A stretch of 63,999 bases of DNA, counting the filler, from Vicugna vicugna (lineage: Eukaryota), in the NCBI GenBank assembly GCA_013265495.1. It is 73 parts of 71 records of this genome, joined end to end, with 100 filler letters (N's around TTAATTAATTAA, not from the genome) between each part and the next. Parts side by side here need not be neighbours in the genome. Positions count along the whole stretch, not along the records: positions 26,639 to 27,479 come from MU059764.1; positions 27,580 to 28,010 come from PNXW01011027.1; positions 28,111 to 28,557 come from PNXW01011028.1; positions 28,658 to 29,274 come from MU059766.1; positions 29,375 to 30,207 come from PNXW01011033.1; positions 30,308 to 31,066 come from PNXW01011034.1; positions 31,167 to 31,986 come from MU059767.1; positions 32,087 to 32,517 come from PNXW01011038.1; 65 more parts are not named here. The stretch is one strand, 5' to 3'. A model generated the notes under the pieces. That model ran no database searches and was not told the DNA's origin. It saw only the letters and a program-made list of their open reading frames with translations. Shown here one piece after another: positions 26,639 to 37,530 of this stretch (positions within the stretch are counted from its first letter, which is position 1; every line of letters begins with the position of its first letter). The position numbers and the translations under genes were made by a program.

Positions 26639-27479
26639 AATGGAATCAGAACACAGAATTAAGAATATAGAATGCAGAATACTTAATATAGAATTTTGAA
26701 TACAGAAGGCAGAACACAGAATTTAGAGTATAGAATACAGAGTATAGAACCCAGAATTTAGTACATGGAATGCAGAAGACAGAAATTAGAATATAGAATA
26801 CAGTATATTGAATACAGTATGCAGAATATAGAATATAGAACACAGAATATAGAATATGGAAATCAGAATACAGAACCCAGAATTTAGATCATGGAATGCA
26901 GAACACAGAATTTAGAATATANNNNNNNNNNNNNNNNNNNNNNNNNNNNNNNNNNNNNNNNNNNNNNNNNNNNNNNNNNNNNNNNNNNNNNNNNNNNNNN
27001 NNNNNNNNNNNNNNNNNNNNNNNNNNNNNNNNNNNNNNNNNNNNNNNNNNNNNNNNNNNNNNNNNNNNNNNNNNNNNNNNNNNNNNNNNNNNNNNNNNNN
27101 NNNNNNNNNNNNNNNNNNNNNNNNNNNNNNNNNNNNNNNNNNNNNNNNNNNNNNNNNNNNNNNNNNNNNNNNNNNNNNNNNNNNNNNNNNNNNNNNNNNN
27201 NNNNNNNNNNNNNNNNNNNNNNNNNNNNNNNNNNNNNNNNNNNNNNNNNNNNNNNNNNNNNNNNNNNNNNNNNNNNNNNNNNNNNNNNNNNNNNNNNATA
27301 TAAAAGATAGAAACCAGAATTTAGAAATGGAATCAGAACACAGAATTAAGAATATAGAATACAGAATACTGAATATAAAATTTAGAATATAGAATGCAGA
27401 ACACTGAATTTAGAATATAGAATATAGAATATAAATCCCAGAATTTAGTACATGGAATGCAGAACACAGAATTTAGAAT
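26639..27479 (-). repeat. SatE heptamer satellite (A-rich strand)
   Basis: AGAATAT periodicity; ~125-bp spacing of CATGGAAT. Confidence 0.92.
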
Positions 27480-27579
27480 NNNNNNNNNNNNNNNNNNNNN
27501 NNNNNNNNNNNNNNNNNNNNNNNTTAATTAATTAANNNNNNNNNNNNNNNNNNNNNNNNNNNNNNNNNNNNNNNNNNNN

Positions 27580-28010
27580 TTCATGTAAATTACATATCTG
27601 TTAGGTGAAAATTGCTCCACAACTTTTTTTCTGTGAAAACTGTACGAATTCGAACTTTGTGGTAGGGAAAGCTTGTGAAAATTTGTACACGTGTCTAGAT
27701 GAAAATATTCCTTTTCTAGAGTACGAAAGATAGTAATCCACATGCTCTCAACCCAAAATACATGTTTGTCAAATCCGTCATGTATGTAGTATGTAGGGAA
27801 CACGGAATATCATGTAGAATAGATGAAATGTATTCAAATTACATATCTCTAATTTAGGATTCGCTCCAAGAGGGTTTTTCTGGGATCAAAGTGTGATTCT
27901 TGAAACTGGTGATAGGAAGAAGCTACGAAGTTAAAGTAAATATTTCAGAGTGCATAGGAAACTGGTTTATGGTTGAAACATCAGTCATGCGCATGTTCAC
28001 AACTCAGAAA
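27580..28010 (+). repeat. SatB satellite
   Basis: SatB motifs. Confidence 0.92.
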
Positions 28011-28110
28011 NNNNNNNNNNNNNNNNNNNNNNNNNNNNNNNNNNNNNNNNNNNNTTAATTAATTAANNNNNNNNNNNNNNNNNNNNNNNNNNNNNNNNNN
28101 NNNNNNNNNN

Positions 28111-28557
28111 TGGGCAAGAGGATGGTCTATAGTTCAATCAATGATCTGAAAGCAGTTTTCTAGGATATAATAAAGCAGTGCCTGAGTTATAAGACAGAAC
28201 AACCCCTGGATATGAAACAGTGGCACCAATCAGTGGGGGCACATGTGTGCACACACACGCCCATGCACACAGAGCAGCCTTGGAGACACTCCATCTGTGC
28301 TGATGGAGCAAAGTCATGCTGGGGAGATGAGGAAAAAGTGCCTAATACAATCAAACCAGGACACCTGAGGAATGGGTCATAGGAGTCAATTAAATTTTCT
28401 GGTTAGCTGAAGGTCAAACAAAAACACTTTTAGTTTCAAACGTCATTATTAAAAATGTTCTTAAAGCACAGGAGCCTGTTTTCCTGCCTTGCTTAGTGTC
28501 ATATTAAACATGACATTCATGCTTCTCTGACTGTGGAATGGGAAAGGCCTTGCTGTC
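28111..28557 (+). repeat. Low-copy duplicated segment (inverse copy at 41992-42413)
   Basis: Near-identical reverse complement with scattered substitutions and small indels. Confidence 0.9.
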
Positions 28558-28657
28558 NNNNNNNNNNNNNNNNNNNNNNNNNNNNNNNNNNNNNNNNNNN
28601 NTTAATTAATTAANNNNNNNNNNNNNNNNNNNNNNNNNNNNNNNNNNNNNNNNNNNN

Positions 28658-29274
28658 GCCGGAGGTGTTTTGGAATTACTTACTTTTTTAAAAAACCAGC
28701 TAATTGATTGGTGATTTTTTTGCTATTTTTTTCAATCTCTATTATAATTATTTCCTCCACAATATTTATGATTTCCATCCTTCTGCTGCCTTTTGGGTTT
28801 TTTTGTTCTTCTTTATCTTGTTCATTCTGATGGGTTAAATTGTTTATTTGTGATTGTTCTTCTTTTTTGAGGAAGGCCTGTATCACTTTAAACTTCCTTC
28901 TCAGCACTGCTTTTGATGTGTCCCTTAAATTTTGTGTGGTTTTGCNNNNNNNNNNNNNNNNNNNNNNNNNNNNNNNNNNNNNNNNNNNNNNNNNNNNNNN
29001 NNNNNNNNNNNNNNNNNNNNNNNNNNNNNNNNNNNNNNNNNNNNNNNNNNTTGTTTAATCGTTTTCCTATTGTCCTCCTTTGTTTTTCTGTTGTTGATTT
29101 CTAGCTTCATGGTGCTGTGGTCGGTAAGGATGCTTGAGGTAATTTCTATCTTCTTAAAATTGCTGAGGTTTCTTTTGTGCCCAACTATATCATGAAACCT
29201 GGGAAATGTCCCATGTGCACTTGAAAAGGTTGTATATACTATTTTGTGGGGGGTACAATGCTCTGGAAATATCC
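28658..29274 (-). mobile_element. L1 ORF2 5' region (endonuclease/linker) fragment
   Basis: AVLRRKFKVIQAFLKKEEQSQINNLT and MKLEINNRK are L1 ORF2p signatures. Confidence 0.9.
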
Positions 29275-30307
29275 NNNNNNNNNNNNNNNNNNNNNNNNNN
29301 NNNNNNNNNNNNNNNNNNTTAATTAATTAANNNNNNNNNNNNNNNNNNNNNNNNNNNNNNNNNNNNNNNNNNNNTTGCCACTGAAGGTGGCTGAAATTTA
29401 GGAAAGGAGATTATTCTAATAAGAGGGTCTAAGACTGAGGTTCACATTGGGAGACACTTTAAAAACTCTATAGCTCACTTTATAAATGCTGGGTTATTCT
29501 ACATAGGCACTTAATAGACAATTACACATTTTTGTCTTGGCATGCAGACCTTTGTCTTTGTGTTTTCAACTGAAATGTCCTAGTGATCATACCTATAAGG
29601 TGAAAAATGTGCAGAAGGCAATCAGAATATATAGTTTAGTATTAAGATATCAATATTTAAAATGTTAGTTTCTCATTGTTCCATTTGTATCCTTATTTAT
29701 TTTTGATGACTAGATGGCTTTGAGAAGTTTGTTTTTCCTCTTGGAACAGAGTTCCTGTAGTTTTGAAAAGAAAAAATTTGCTTGAATCCTCAGTATGCTA
29801 TTTTTAATCTCTTGCCTTAGATATTACACATTTTCATCTTTCTCAGCTATTAGGGAGAATAACAGTTTCTTTATTCTTTGCCATTACATCACTGGACTCT
29901 CTCATATGAACAAACATATTAAACTATCTAAAATTTAATAAATATTTTTTTAATATTAGCTTTTGATTTAGAAGATTATAGGGATCCTCTGGAGGAAAAG
30001 GAGAAATAGAAAGGAAAATTACTGAATATATGTATGTATCCACATGACTAGGACATTGTGCTGCACATTGACACATTGTAATTGGCTGTACTTCAATTAA
30101 AATTTTTTTAAAAAGGATAATTATAGGACACAGAAGACAAGAAAAAAAGGGAGAAGGATGTTGGATGGTCAATCTCAATTAGTTGGGATTTTTTTTTAGA
30201 AACAGGANNNNNNNNNNNNNNNNNNNNNNNNNNNNNNNNNNNNNNNNNNNNTTAATTAATTAANNNNNNNNNNNNNNNNNNNNNNNNNNNNNNNNNNNNN
30301 NNNNNNN

Positions 30308-31066
30308 GTAAAACCGAGTTGGAGCATGTACCTCCCCATATATATGTATGGGTGGTGTTTGCTACTGAAAAGAAATTTGTGTTCCGTTCAAGCTAGTTGA
30401 AGGACGGCTTTCACCCACACTTATCTCTCAGAACTGAGCATGTGGAGAAACGTTCGTTCATCCAGCACAAAGGGAACTGTTTGCAGGAGAAACCCTTTCT
30501 CTGGTTTCTCAGCCTATTTCCTGGTGCCGGTTTGAAGTGCCTGCCGTTTTCACTGTACCACCGAGTTGGAATTTGTACTTCCCCATATATATGTATGGGT
30601 GGTGTTTGCTACTGAAAAGAAATTTGTGTTCCGTTCAAGCTAGTTGAAGGACGGCTTTCACCCACACTTATCTCTCAGAACTGAGCATGTGGAGAAACGT
30701 TCGTTCATCCAGCACAAAGGGAACTGTTTGCAGGAGAAACCCTTTCTCTGGTTTCTCAGCCTATTTCCTGGTGCCGGTTTGAAGTGCCTGCCGTTTTCAC
30801 TGTACCACCGAGTTGGAATTTGTACTTCCCCATATATATGTATGGAATGTATTTTGCAAAAGAATAGAAACATTGTGTTGCCTTCAAGCTAGGTGAAGGA
30901 CGGCTTTCACACACACTTATCTCTCAGAACTGAGCATGTGGAGAGACGTTCGTTCATCCAGCACAAAGGGAACGGGTTGCAGGAGAAACCCTTACTCTGG
31001 TTTCTCAGTCTGTGTCCTAGAGACTGTTTGAAGTGCCTGCCGTTTTCACTGTAAAACCGAGTTGGA
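30308..31066 (-). repeat. SatA satellite
   Basis: 247-bp monomers, two of them identical. Confidence 0.95.
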
Positions 31067-31166
31067 NNNNNNNNNNNNNNNNNNNNNNNNNNNNNNNNNN
31101 NNNNNNNNNNTTAATTAATTAANNNNNNNNNNNNNNNNNNNNNNNNNNNNNNNNNNNNNNNNNNNN

Positions 31167-31986
31167 TTGGAGCTTTTTCCTCCCCATATATATGTATGGG
31201 TGGGGTTTGCACCTGAAAAGAAACTTTGTGTTCTCTTCAATCTAGTTGAAGTACGGCTTTCACACACACTTATCTCTCAGAACAGAGCATGTGGAGAGAC
31301 GTTCGTTCATCCAGCACAAATGGAACGGGTTGCAGGAGAAACGCTGACTCTGGTTTCTCAGTCTGTTTCCTAGTGCCGNNNNNNNNNNNNNNNNNNNNNN
31401 NNNNNNNNNNNNNNNNNNNNNNNNNNNNNNNNNNNNNNNNNNNNNNNNNNNNNNNNNNNNNNNNNNNNNNNNNNNNNNNNNNNNNNNNNNNNNNNNNNNN
31501 NNNNNNNNNNNNNNNNNNNNNNNNNNNNNNNNNNNNNNNNNNNNNNNNNNNNNNNNNNNNNNNAACGGGTTGCAAACCCTTACTCTGGTTTCTCAGTCTG
31601 TTTCGTAGGGCCGGTTTGTAGTGCCTGCAGTTTTCACTGTAAAACCGATTTGAAGCTTATACCTCCTCATATATATGTATGGAGTGGAGATTGCAACTTA
31701 AAAGATACTTTGTGTTCCCTTCAAGCTTGGTGAAGGACGGCATTCACACACACTTTACTCTCAGAACTGAGCCTGTGGAGAGACGTTCGTTCATCCAGCA
31801 CAAAGGGAACGGGTTGTAGGAGAAACCCTTACTCTGGTTTCTCAGTCTGTTTCCTAGTGCCGGTTTGAATTGCCTGCCGTTTTCACTGTAAAGCCGAGTT
31901 GGAGCTAGTACCTCCCCTTATATATATATGGATTGGCGTTTGCTACTGAAAAGAAACTTCGTGTTCCCTTCAAGCTAGGTGAAGGA
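31167..31986 (-). repeat. SatA satellite
   Basis: SatA motifs. Confidence 0.93.
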
Positions 31987-32086
31987 NNNNNNNNNNNNNN
32001 NNNNNNNNNNNNNNNNNNNNNNNNNNNNNNTTAATTAATTAANNNNNNNNNNNNNNNNNNNNNNNNNNNNNNNNNNNNNNNNNNNN

Positions 32087-32517
32087 AGGGAAGATATTTC
32101 TCGGACTTCCCCGAACAGGGAACACCTTTGATTTAACAGAGCTGCGTGGAGTTGTCTCTCGATCTCCCCCTCGCAATGACAATTGTTCCGGAATCCGGAG
32201 CGTTTGGAGGTTCCACCAACGGTTGGCAGCGCGTGGGTTCAAACGGAATGCCTAAGCTCGTCTCCCCTGAGAGTTTTTCTAATTTCTCTGTGCCAGGGAA
32301 TGCTAGGGGTGTTTGCAGGATTTCCAAGTGACAGACAAGTGACAGAGGCTGCCTCCCCAAGTTCAGGGAAGGTATTTCTCAGACTTCCCCCACAGGGAAC
32401 ACCTGTGACTGAATAGAGCTGGCTGGAGATGTCTCTCGTGCTCCCCCACGCACTGACAATTGTTCCAGAATACTGAGCGTTTGGAGGTTCCACCAACGGT
32501 TGGCAGCGCGTGGGTTC
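32087..32517 (-). repeat. SatC satellite
   Basis: SatC motifs; 10-bp duplication CAAGTGACAG. Confidence 0.92.
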
Positions 32518-32673
32518 NNNNNNNNNNNNNNNNNNNNNNNNNNNNNNNNNNNNNNNNNNNNTTAATTAATTAANNNNNNNNNNNNNNNNNNNNNNNNNNN
32601 NNNNNNNNNNNNNNNNNCTAATCCAGTCATAGGTTGCTAAAATTATTAGTATATTTAAGACTCATTAGTTACC

Positions 32674-32785
32674 TTTTTTGGGGGGATGGAGGTAATTAGG
32701 TTTATTTATTTAATGGAGGTCCTGGGGATTGAACCCAGAACCTTGTGCATGCTAAGTGCGCACTCTACCCCTGAGCTATACCCCC
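32674..32785 (-). mobile_element. Camelid tRNA-Ala-derived SINE (Vic-1 type)
   Basis: Minus strand reads GGGGGTATAGCTCAGGGGTAGAGTGCGCACTTAGCATGCACAAGGTTCTGGGTTCAATCCCCAGGACCTCCA with A/B boxes, then the tail AATAAATAAACCTAATTACCTCC. Imperfect TSD ATTAGTT(A/C)CCT at 32664 and 32789. Confidence 0.88.
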
Positions 32786-32799
32786 TGTATTAGTTCCCT

Positions 32800-32935
32800 C
32801 TTTATAAGTGACATATTGTATTAGTTTCAGGTAAATATAACGATTCAGTATTTGTAGATACTGTGAAATGGTCACCACAGTAAGTCTAGTTGGCATCCAT
32901 CACCATGCAAGTGACAGAAGTTTTTTTTCTTTTGA
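32800..32935 (-). mobile_element. Old L1 (L1MA-type) 3' end
   Basis: TATTAGTTTCAGGT...TGTGAAATGGTCACCACAGTAAGTCTAGTT. Confidence 0.7.
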
Positions 32936-33279
32936 AAACGATCATGGCATTTAACCTGACAGACAAGTGTTTTTGTTGAAAATGAGAATTTTGAGGAAGA
33001 TAGCATTTGGAGTCACGAGATGACTGGGTGTTATGTTTCCGCTCCAGGCACCTGAGCGCTTGCTGTGACCCGGCTCTGTGCTGGCTGGGCTTGCAGTTGG
33101 AGGCCATGCGTCTGTTCCCGGTTTACTACTGGAGGCAACCAAGGTGTGTGAGCAAGTTGGAGGTGAGTAGAGCACGTGGNNNNNNNNNNNNNNNNNNNNN
33201 NNNNNNNNNNNNNNNNNNNNNNNTTAATTAATTAANNNNNNNNNNNNNNNNNNNNNNNNNNNNNNNNNNNNNNNNNNNN

Positions 33280-34055
33280 TTCCACCAACGGTCGGCAGCA
33301 AGTGGGTTCTAACGGAATGCCTAACTTCGTATCCACTTTGATTTTTTTTAATGCCTCTGTGCCAGGGAATGCTAGGGGGGTTTGCAGGAAATCCCAGTGG
33401 CAGAGGCTGACCATAAACCTAACCATAACCCTAGCCATAACGCTGCCTCCCCAAGGTCAGGGAGGGACTGAAGAGAGCAACTGGGAACACATGTGACTGA
33501 AGAGAGCTGCGTGGAGTTGTCTCTCGAGCTCCCCATGCACTGACATTGTTTCCGGAACCCTGAGCGTGGGGAGGTTCCACCAAAGGTCAGCAGCACGGGG
33601 CTTCTAACGGAAAGCCTAAGATCGTTTCCCCTGGGTTTTTTTTTAATATCTCTGTGCCAGGGAATGCTAGGGGGGTATGCAGGCAATCCCAGTGACAGAG
33701 GCTGCCCCCCAAGGTCAGGGTAGATATTTCTCAGAATTCCCCGTAACAGGGAACACCTGTGGCTGAAGAGAGCTTCGTGGAGTTGTCTCTCAAGCTCCCC
33801 ATGCACTGACATTGTTTCCGGAACCCTGAGCGTGGGGAGGTTCCACCAAAGGTCAGCAGCACGGGGCTTCTAACGGAATGCCTAAGCTCGACTCCCCTGG
33901 GTTTTTTCCTAATGTCTCTGTGCTAGGGAACGCTAGGGAGGTTTGCAGGCAATCCCAGTGACAGAGGCTGCCCCCCAAGGTCAGGGTAGATATTTCTCAG
34001 AATTCCCCGTAACAGGGAACACCTGTGGCTGAAGAGAGCTTCGTGGAGTTGTCTC
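33280..34055 (-). repeat. SatC satellite with telomere-like insertion
   Basis: SatC monomers; insertion at 33410-33441. Confidence 0.92.
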
Positions 34056-34155
34056 NNNNNNNNNNNNNNNNNNNNNNNNNNNNNNNNNNNNNNNNNNNNT
34101 TAATTAATTAANNNNNNNNNNNNNNNNNNNNNNNNNNNNNNNNNNNNNNNNNNNN

Positions 34156-35700
34156 GGCAGCCTCGTTCACTGGGATACCCTGCAATCACCCCTAGCATTC
34201 TCTGGTACAGAAATATTAGGAAAAACCTCAGGGGAGACGAGCTTAGGCATTCCGTTAGAACCCACGCGCTGCCGACCGTTGGTAGAACCTNNNNNNNNNN
34301 NNNNNNNNNNNNNNNNNNNNNNNNNNNNNNNNNNNNNNNNNNNNNNNNNNNNNNNNNNNNNNNNNNNNNNNNNNNNNNNNNNNNNNNNNNNNNNNNNNNN
34401 NNNNNNNNNNNNNNNNNNNNNNNNNNNNNNNNNNNNNNNNNNNNNNNNNNNNNNNNNNNNNNNNNNNNNNNNNNNNNNNNNNNNNNNNNNNNNNNNNNNN
34501 NNNNNNNNNNNNNNNNNNNNNNNNNNNNNNNNNNNNNNNNNNNNNNNNNNNNNNNNNNNNNNNNNNNNNNNNNNNNNNNNNNNNNNNNNNNNNNNNNNNN
34601 NNNNNNNNNNNNNNNNNNNNNNNNNNNNNNNNNNNNNNNNNNNNNNNNNNNNNNNNNNNNNNNNNNNNNNNNNNNNNNNNNNNNNNNNNNNNNNNNNNNN
34701 NNNNNNNNNNNNNNNNNNNNNNNNNNNNNNNNNNNNNNNNNNNNNNNNNNNNNNNNNNNNNNNNNNNNNNNNNNNNNNNNNNNNNNNNNNNNNNNNNNNN
34801 NNNNNNNNNNNNNNNNNNNNNNNNNNNNNNNNNNNNNNNNNNNNNNNNNNNNNNNNNNNNNNNNNNNNNNNNNNNNNNNNNNNNNNNNNNNNNNNNNNNN
34901 NNNNNNNNNNNNNNNNNNNNNNNNNNNNNNNNNNNNNNNNNNNNNNNNNNNNNNNNNNNNNNNNNNNNNNNNNNNNNNNNNNNNNNNNNNNNNNNNNNNN
35001 NNNNNNNNNNNNNNNNNNNNNNNNNNNNNNNNNNNNNNNNNNNNNNNNNNNNNNNNNNNNNNNNNNNNNNNNNNNNNNNNNNNNNNNNNNNNNNNNNNNN
35101 GGGGGAGCTCGAAAGACAACTCCACGCAGCTCTCTTCAGTCACAGGTGTTCCCTGTTCTGGGAAGCACTGGAAATAACTTCCCTGCCCTTGGGGAGGCAG
35201 TCTCGGTCACTGGGATATCCTGCAATCACCCCTAGCATTCCCTGGCACAGAGATATTAGGAAAACACTCAGGGGAGACGAGCTTAGGCATTCCGTTAGAA
35301 CCCACGCGCTGCCGACCGTTGGTGGAACCTCCCCACGCTCAGGATTTCGGAACCATTGTCAGTGCGTGGGGGAGCTCGAAAGACAACTCCACGCAGCTCT
35401 CTTCAGTCACAGGTGTTCCCTGTTCTGGGAAGCACTGGAAATAACTTCCCTGCCCTTGGGGAGGCAGTCTCGGTCACTGGGATATCCTGCAATCAACCCT
35501 TGCATTCCCTGGCACAGAGATATTAGGGAAAACCCCAGGGGAGACTAGCTTAGGCATTCCGTTAGAACCCATACGCTGCCGAACGTTGTTGGAACCTCCC
35601 CACGCTCAGGATTCCGGAACCATTGTCAGTGCGTGGGGGAGCTCGAGAGACAACTCCACGCAGCTCTCTTCATTCACAGGTGTTCCCTGTTCGGGGAAGT
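34156..35700 (+). repeat. SatC satellite
   Basis: GGGGGAGCTCGAAAGAC at 35101 and 35368 (267 bp apart). Confidence 0.95.
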
Positions 35701-35800
35701 NNNNNNNNNNNNNNNNNNNNNNNNNNNNNNNNNNNNNNNNNNNNTTAATTAATTAANNNNNNNNNNNNNNNNNNNNNNNNNNNNNNNNNNNNNNNNNNNN

Positions 35801-36183
35801 AATTTCGCTCACAAACCGGCCAAGGAAAATACTCAGGAATATCAAATTAATGGATCCAATTAGATCCCAGGTGCTACTGTCATTTGCAGGAGCCTCCACA
35901 CACTCAGGATACAAGGACACCACCTAGTGTGTGTGATGAAGGCGGGGAAACAGTGTCCTTGCATCTTTCAGGGGGTACAGGTATTCCCAAATATTTGGTT
36001 GTAGGTTAAACCACTTCAAATCCCGTGGAGAGGCACTCAATAACACTTGGTTTAGAGCCCAACCCTCACATTCCCCCGCACTCCCGCCTAGGCTAGCCAT
36101 CAGTGAAGACAAGTTAATGGATTGTATTAGAACCCAGGCCCTGCTGTCAGTTGTAGGTGCCTCCCCACACTCAGGAAACCTCA
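35801..36183 (+). repeat. SatD satellite
   Basis: SatD motifs. Confidence 0.87.
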
Positions 36184-36283
36184 NNNNNNNNNNNNNNNNN
36201 NNNNNNNNNNNNNNNNNNNNNNNNNNNTTAATTAATTAANNNNNNNNNNNNNNNNNNNNNNNNNNNNNNNNNNNNNNNNNNNN

Positions 36284-37173
36284 CATCTGTCACATGAAAG
36301 TGCTGGCCCGCACTCAGGATTTCTGAACAAGTATTCATGTGTGTTTTGGCAGTGGGGAAACAGAGTCCATGCATCTTTATGGGGGCTCAGTTTTTCCCAG
36401 GTAGATGATGTAGTTTAAACACCTTCACTGCCCATAGAGAGGCACTGGATATTTCTTGGCTTTAGAGCCCAACCCACATCTTCGCTCAAAGCCCAGCCTA
36501 GGAGAACAATCAAGGAAATCAAGCTCAGGAATTCTATTAGATCCCTGGTGCTGCTGTTAGTTGGAGGATCCTCCCCACACTCAGGAAACCAGAACAATTC
36601 TTCGCTCGTGTGCTGGACGTGTGGAAACAGAGTCCACTCATTTTATTTTGGGCACAGGTATTCCTAGGTTGGAGGATATCGGTTAAACACCTCCACATAC
36701 GATGGATAGGCAATCGCTAATACTTTGTTTTAGAGCCCAAATTCCAATTTCCCCCGCACTCCTGGCAGGGCAAGCCATCAGGTAACACAGGCAAAGGGAT
36801 TGTATTGATCCCAGGAGCAGCTGTCACATGGAGTAACTTCCCAAAACTCAGGACTCCGGAGACACTCATGTGTGTTTGGGAGGTGTGCAGCCCCAATCCA
36901 CGCAGATGAATGGTGACAAAGGTGTTCCCTTGTAGGGCAGTGCCCTAAGAACTTCCTCAGTCAATCGGTTGGCACAAGCTGCTACTTGGCCTCCAAGTTC
37001 AACTCCCAGCTTTCGCTCGCAGCTCTGCCTATGGAAACACTCAGGGAATACAAGCTGCGTTATTCTATTAAACCTGAGGCACTGCTGTAATTTGGAGGAA
37101 CTTCCACACACTCAGGATTCCCGATCCTAGCCTTGTGTGTGTGGGAGTTGTGGAGACCCAGTCCACGCAGGTG
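36284..37173 (+). repeat. SatD satellite
   Basis: CTCAGGA at 36313, 36580, 36847 and 37111 (267, 267 and 264 bp apart). Confidence 0.9.
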
Positions 37174-37294
37174 NNNNNNNNNNNNNNNNNNNNNNNNNNN
37201 NNNNNNNNNNNNNNNNNTTAATTAATTAANNNNNNNNNNNNNNNNNNNNNNNNNNNNNNNNNNNNNNNNNNNNTGTGTGTGTGTGTGTGTATGC

Positions 37295-37530
37295 TCTCTG
37301 ATCCAGCAATTTCACTTCTAGGAATAAGTTCTAAGGAAATAATCAAATAAGTATAAAAAATGTATATATGCCCCAAACATTTAACATAGTATTGTTTATA
37401 CTACATTGGAAACAAATGTACATAAATAGGGGACTGGTTAAATAAATTCCAATACTTTTTGAATTAATGAAAAACTATACAGCTACTAAGAATAACACTT
37501 ATTGAAAGGAAAGATAGCCATACTATTAAT
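37295..37530 (+). mobile_element. Ancient L1 (L1ME-like) 3' fragment after a (TG)n tract
   Basis: TGATCCAGCAATTTCACTTCTAGGAAT...TAGGGGACTGGTTAAATAAATT. Confidence 0.6.

Noticed and set aside
32714..32785. Functional tRNA-Ala gene
   Set aside because: It has mismatched stems, a SINE-specific tail and a TSD, so it is a SINE.
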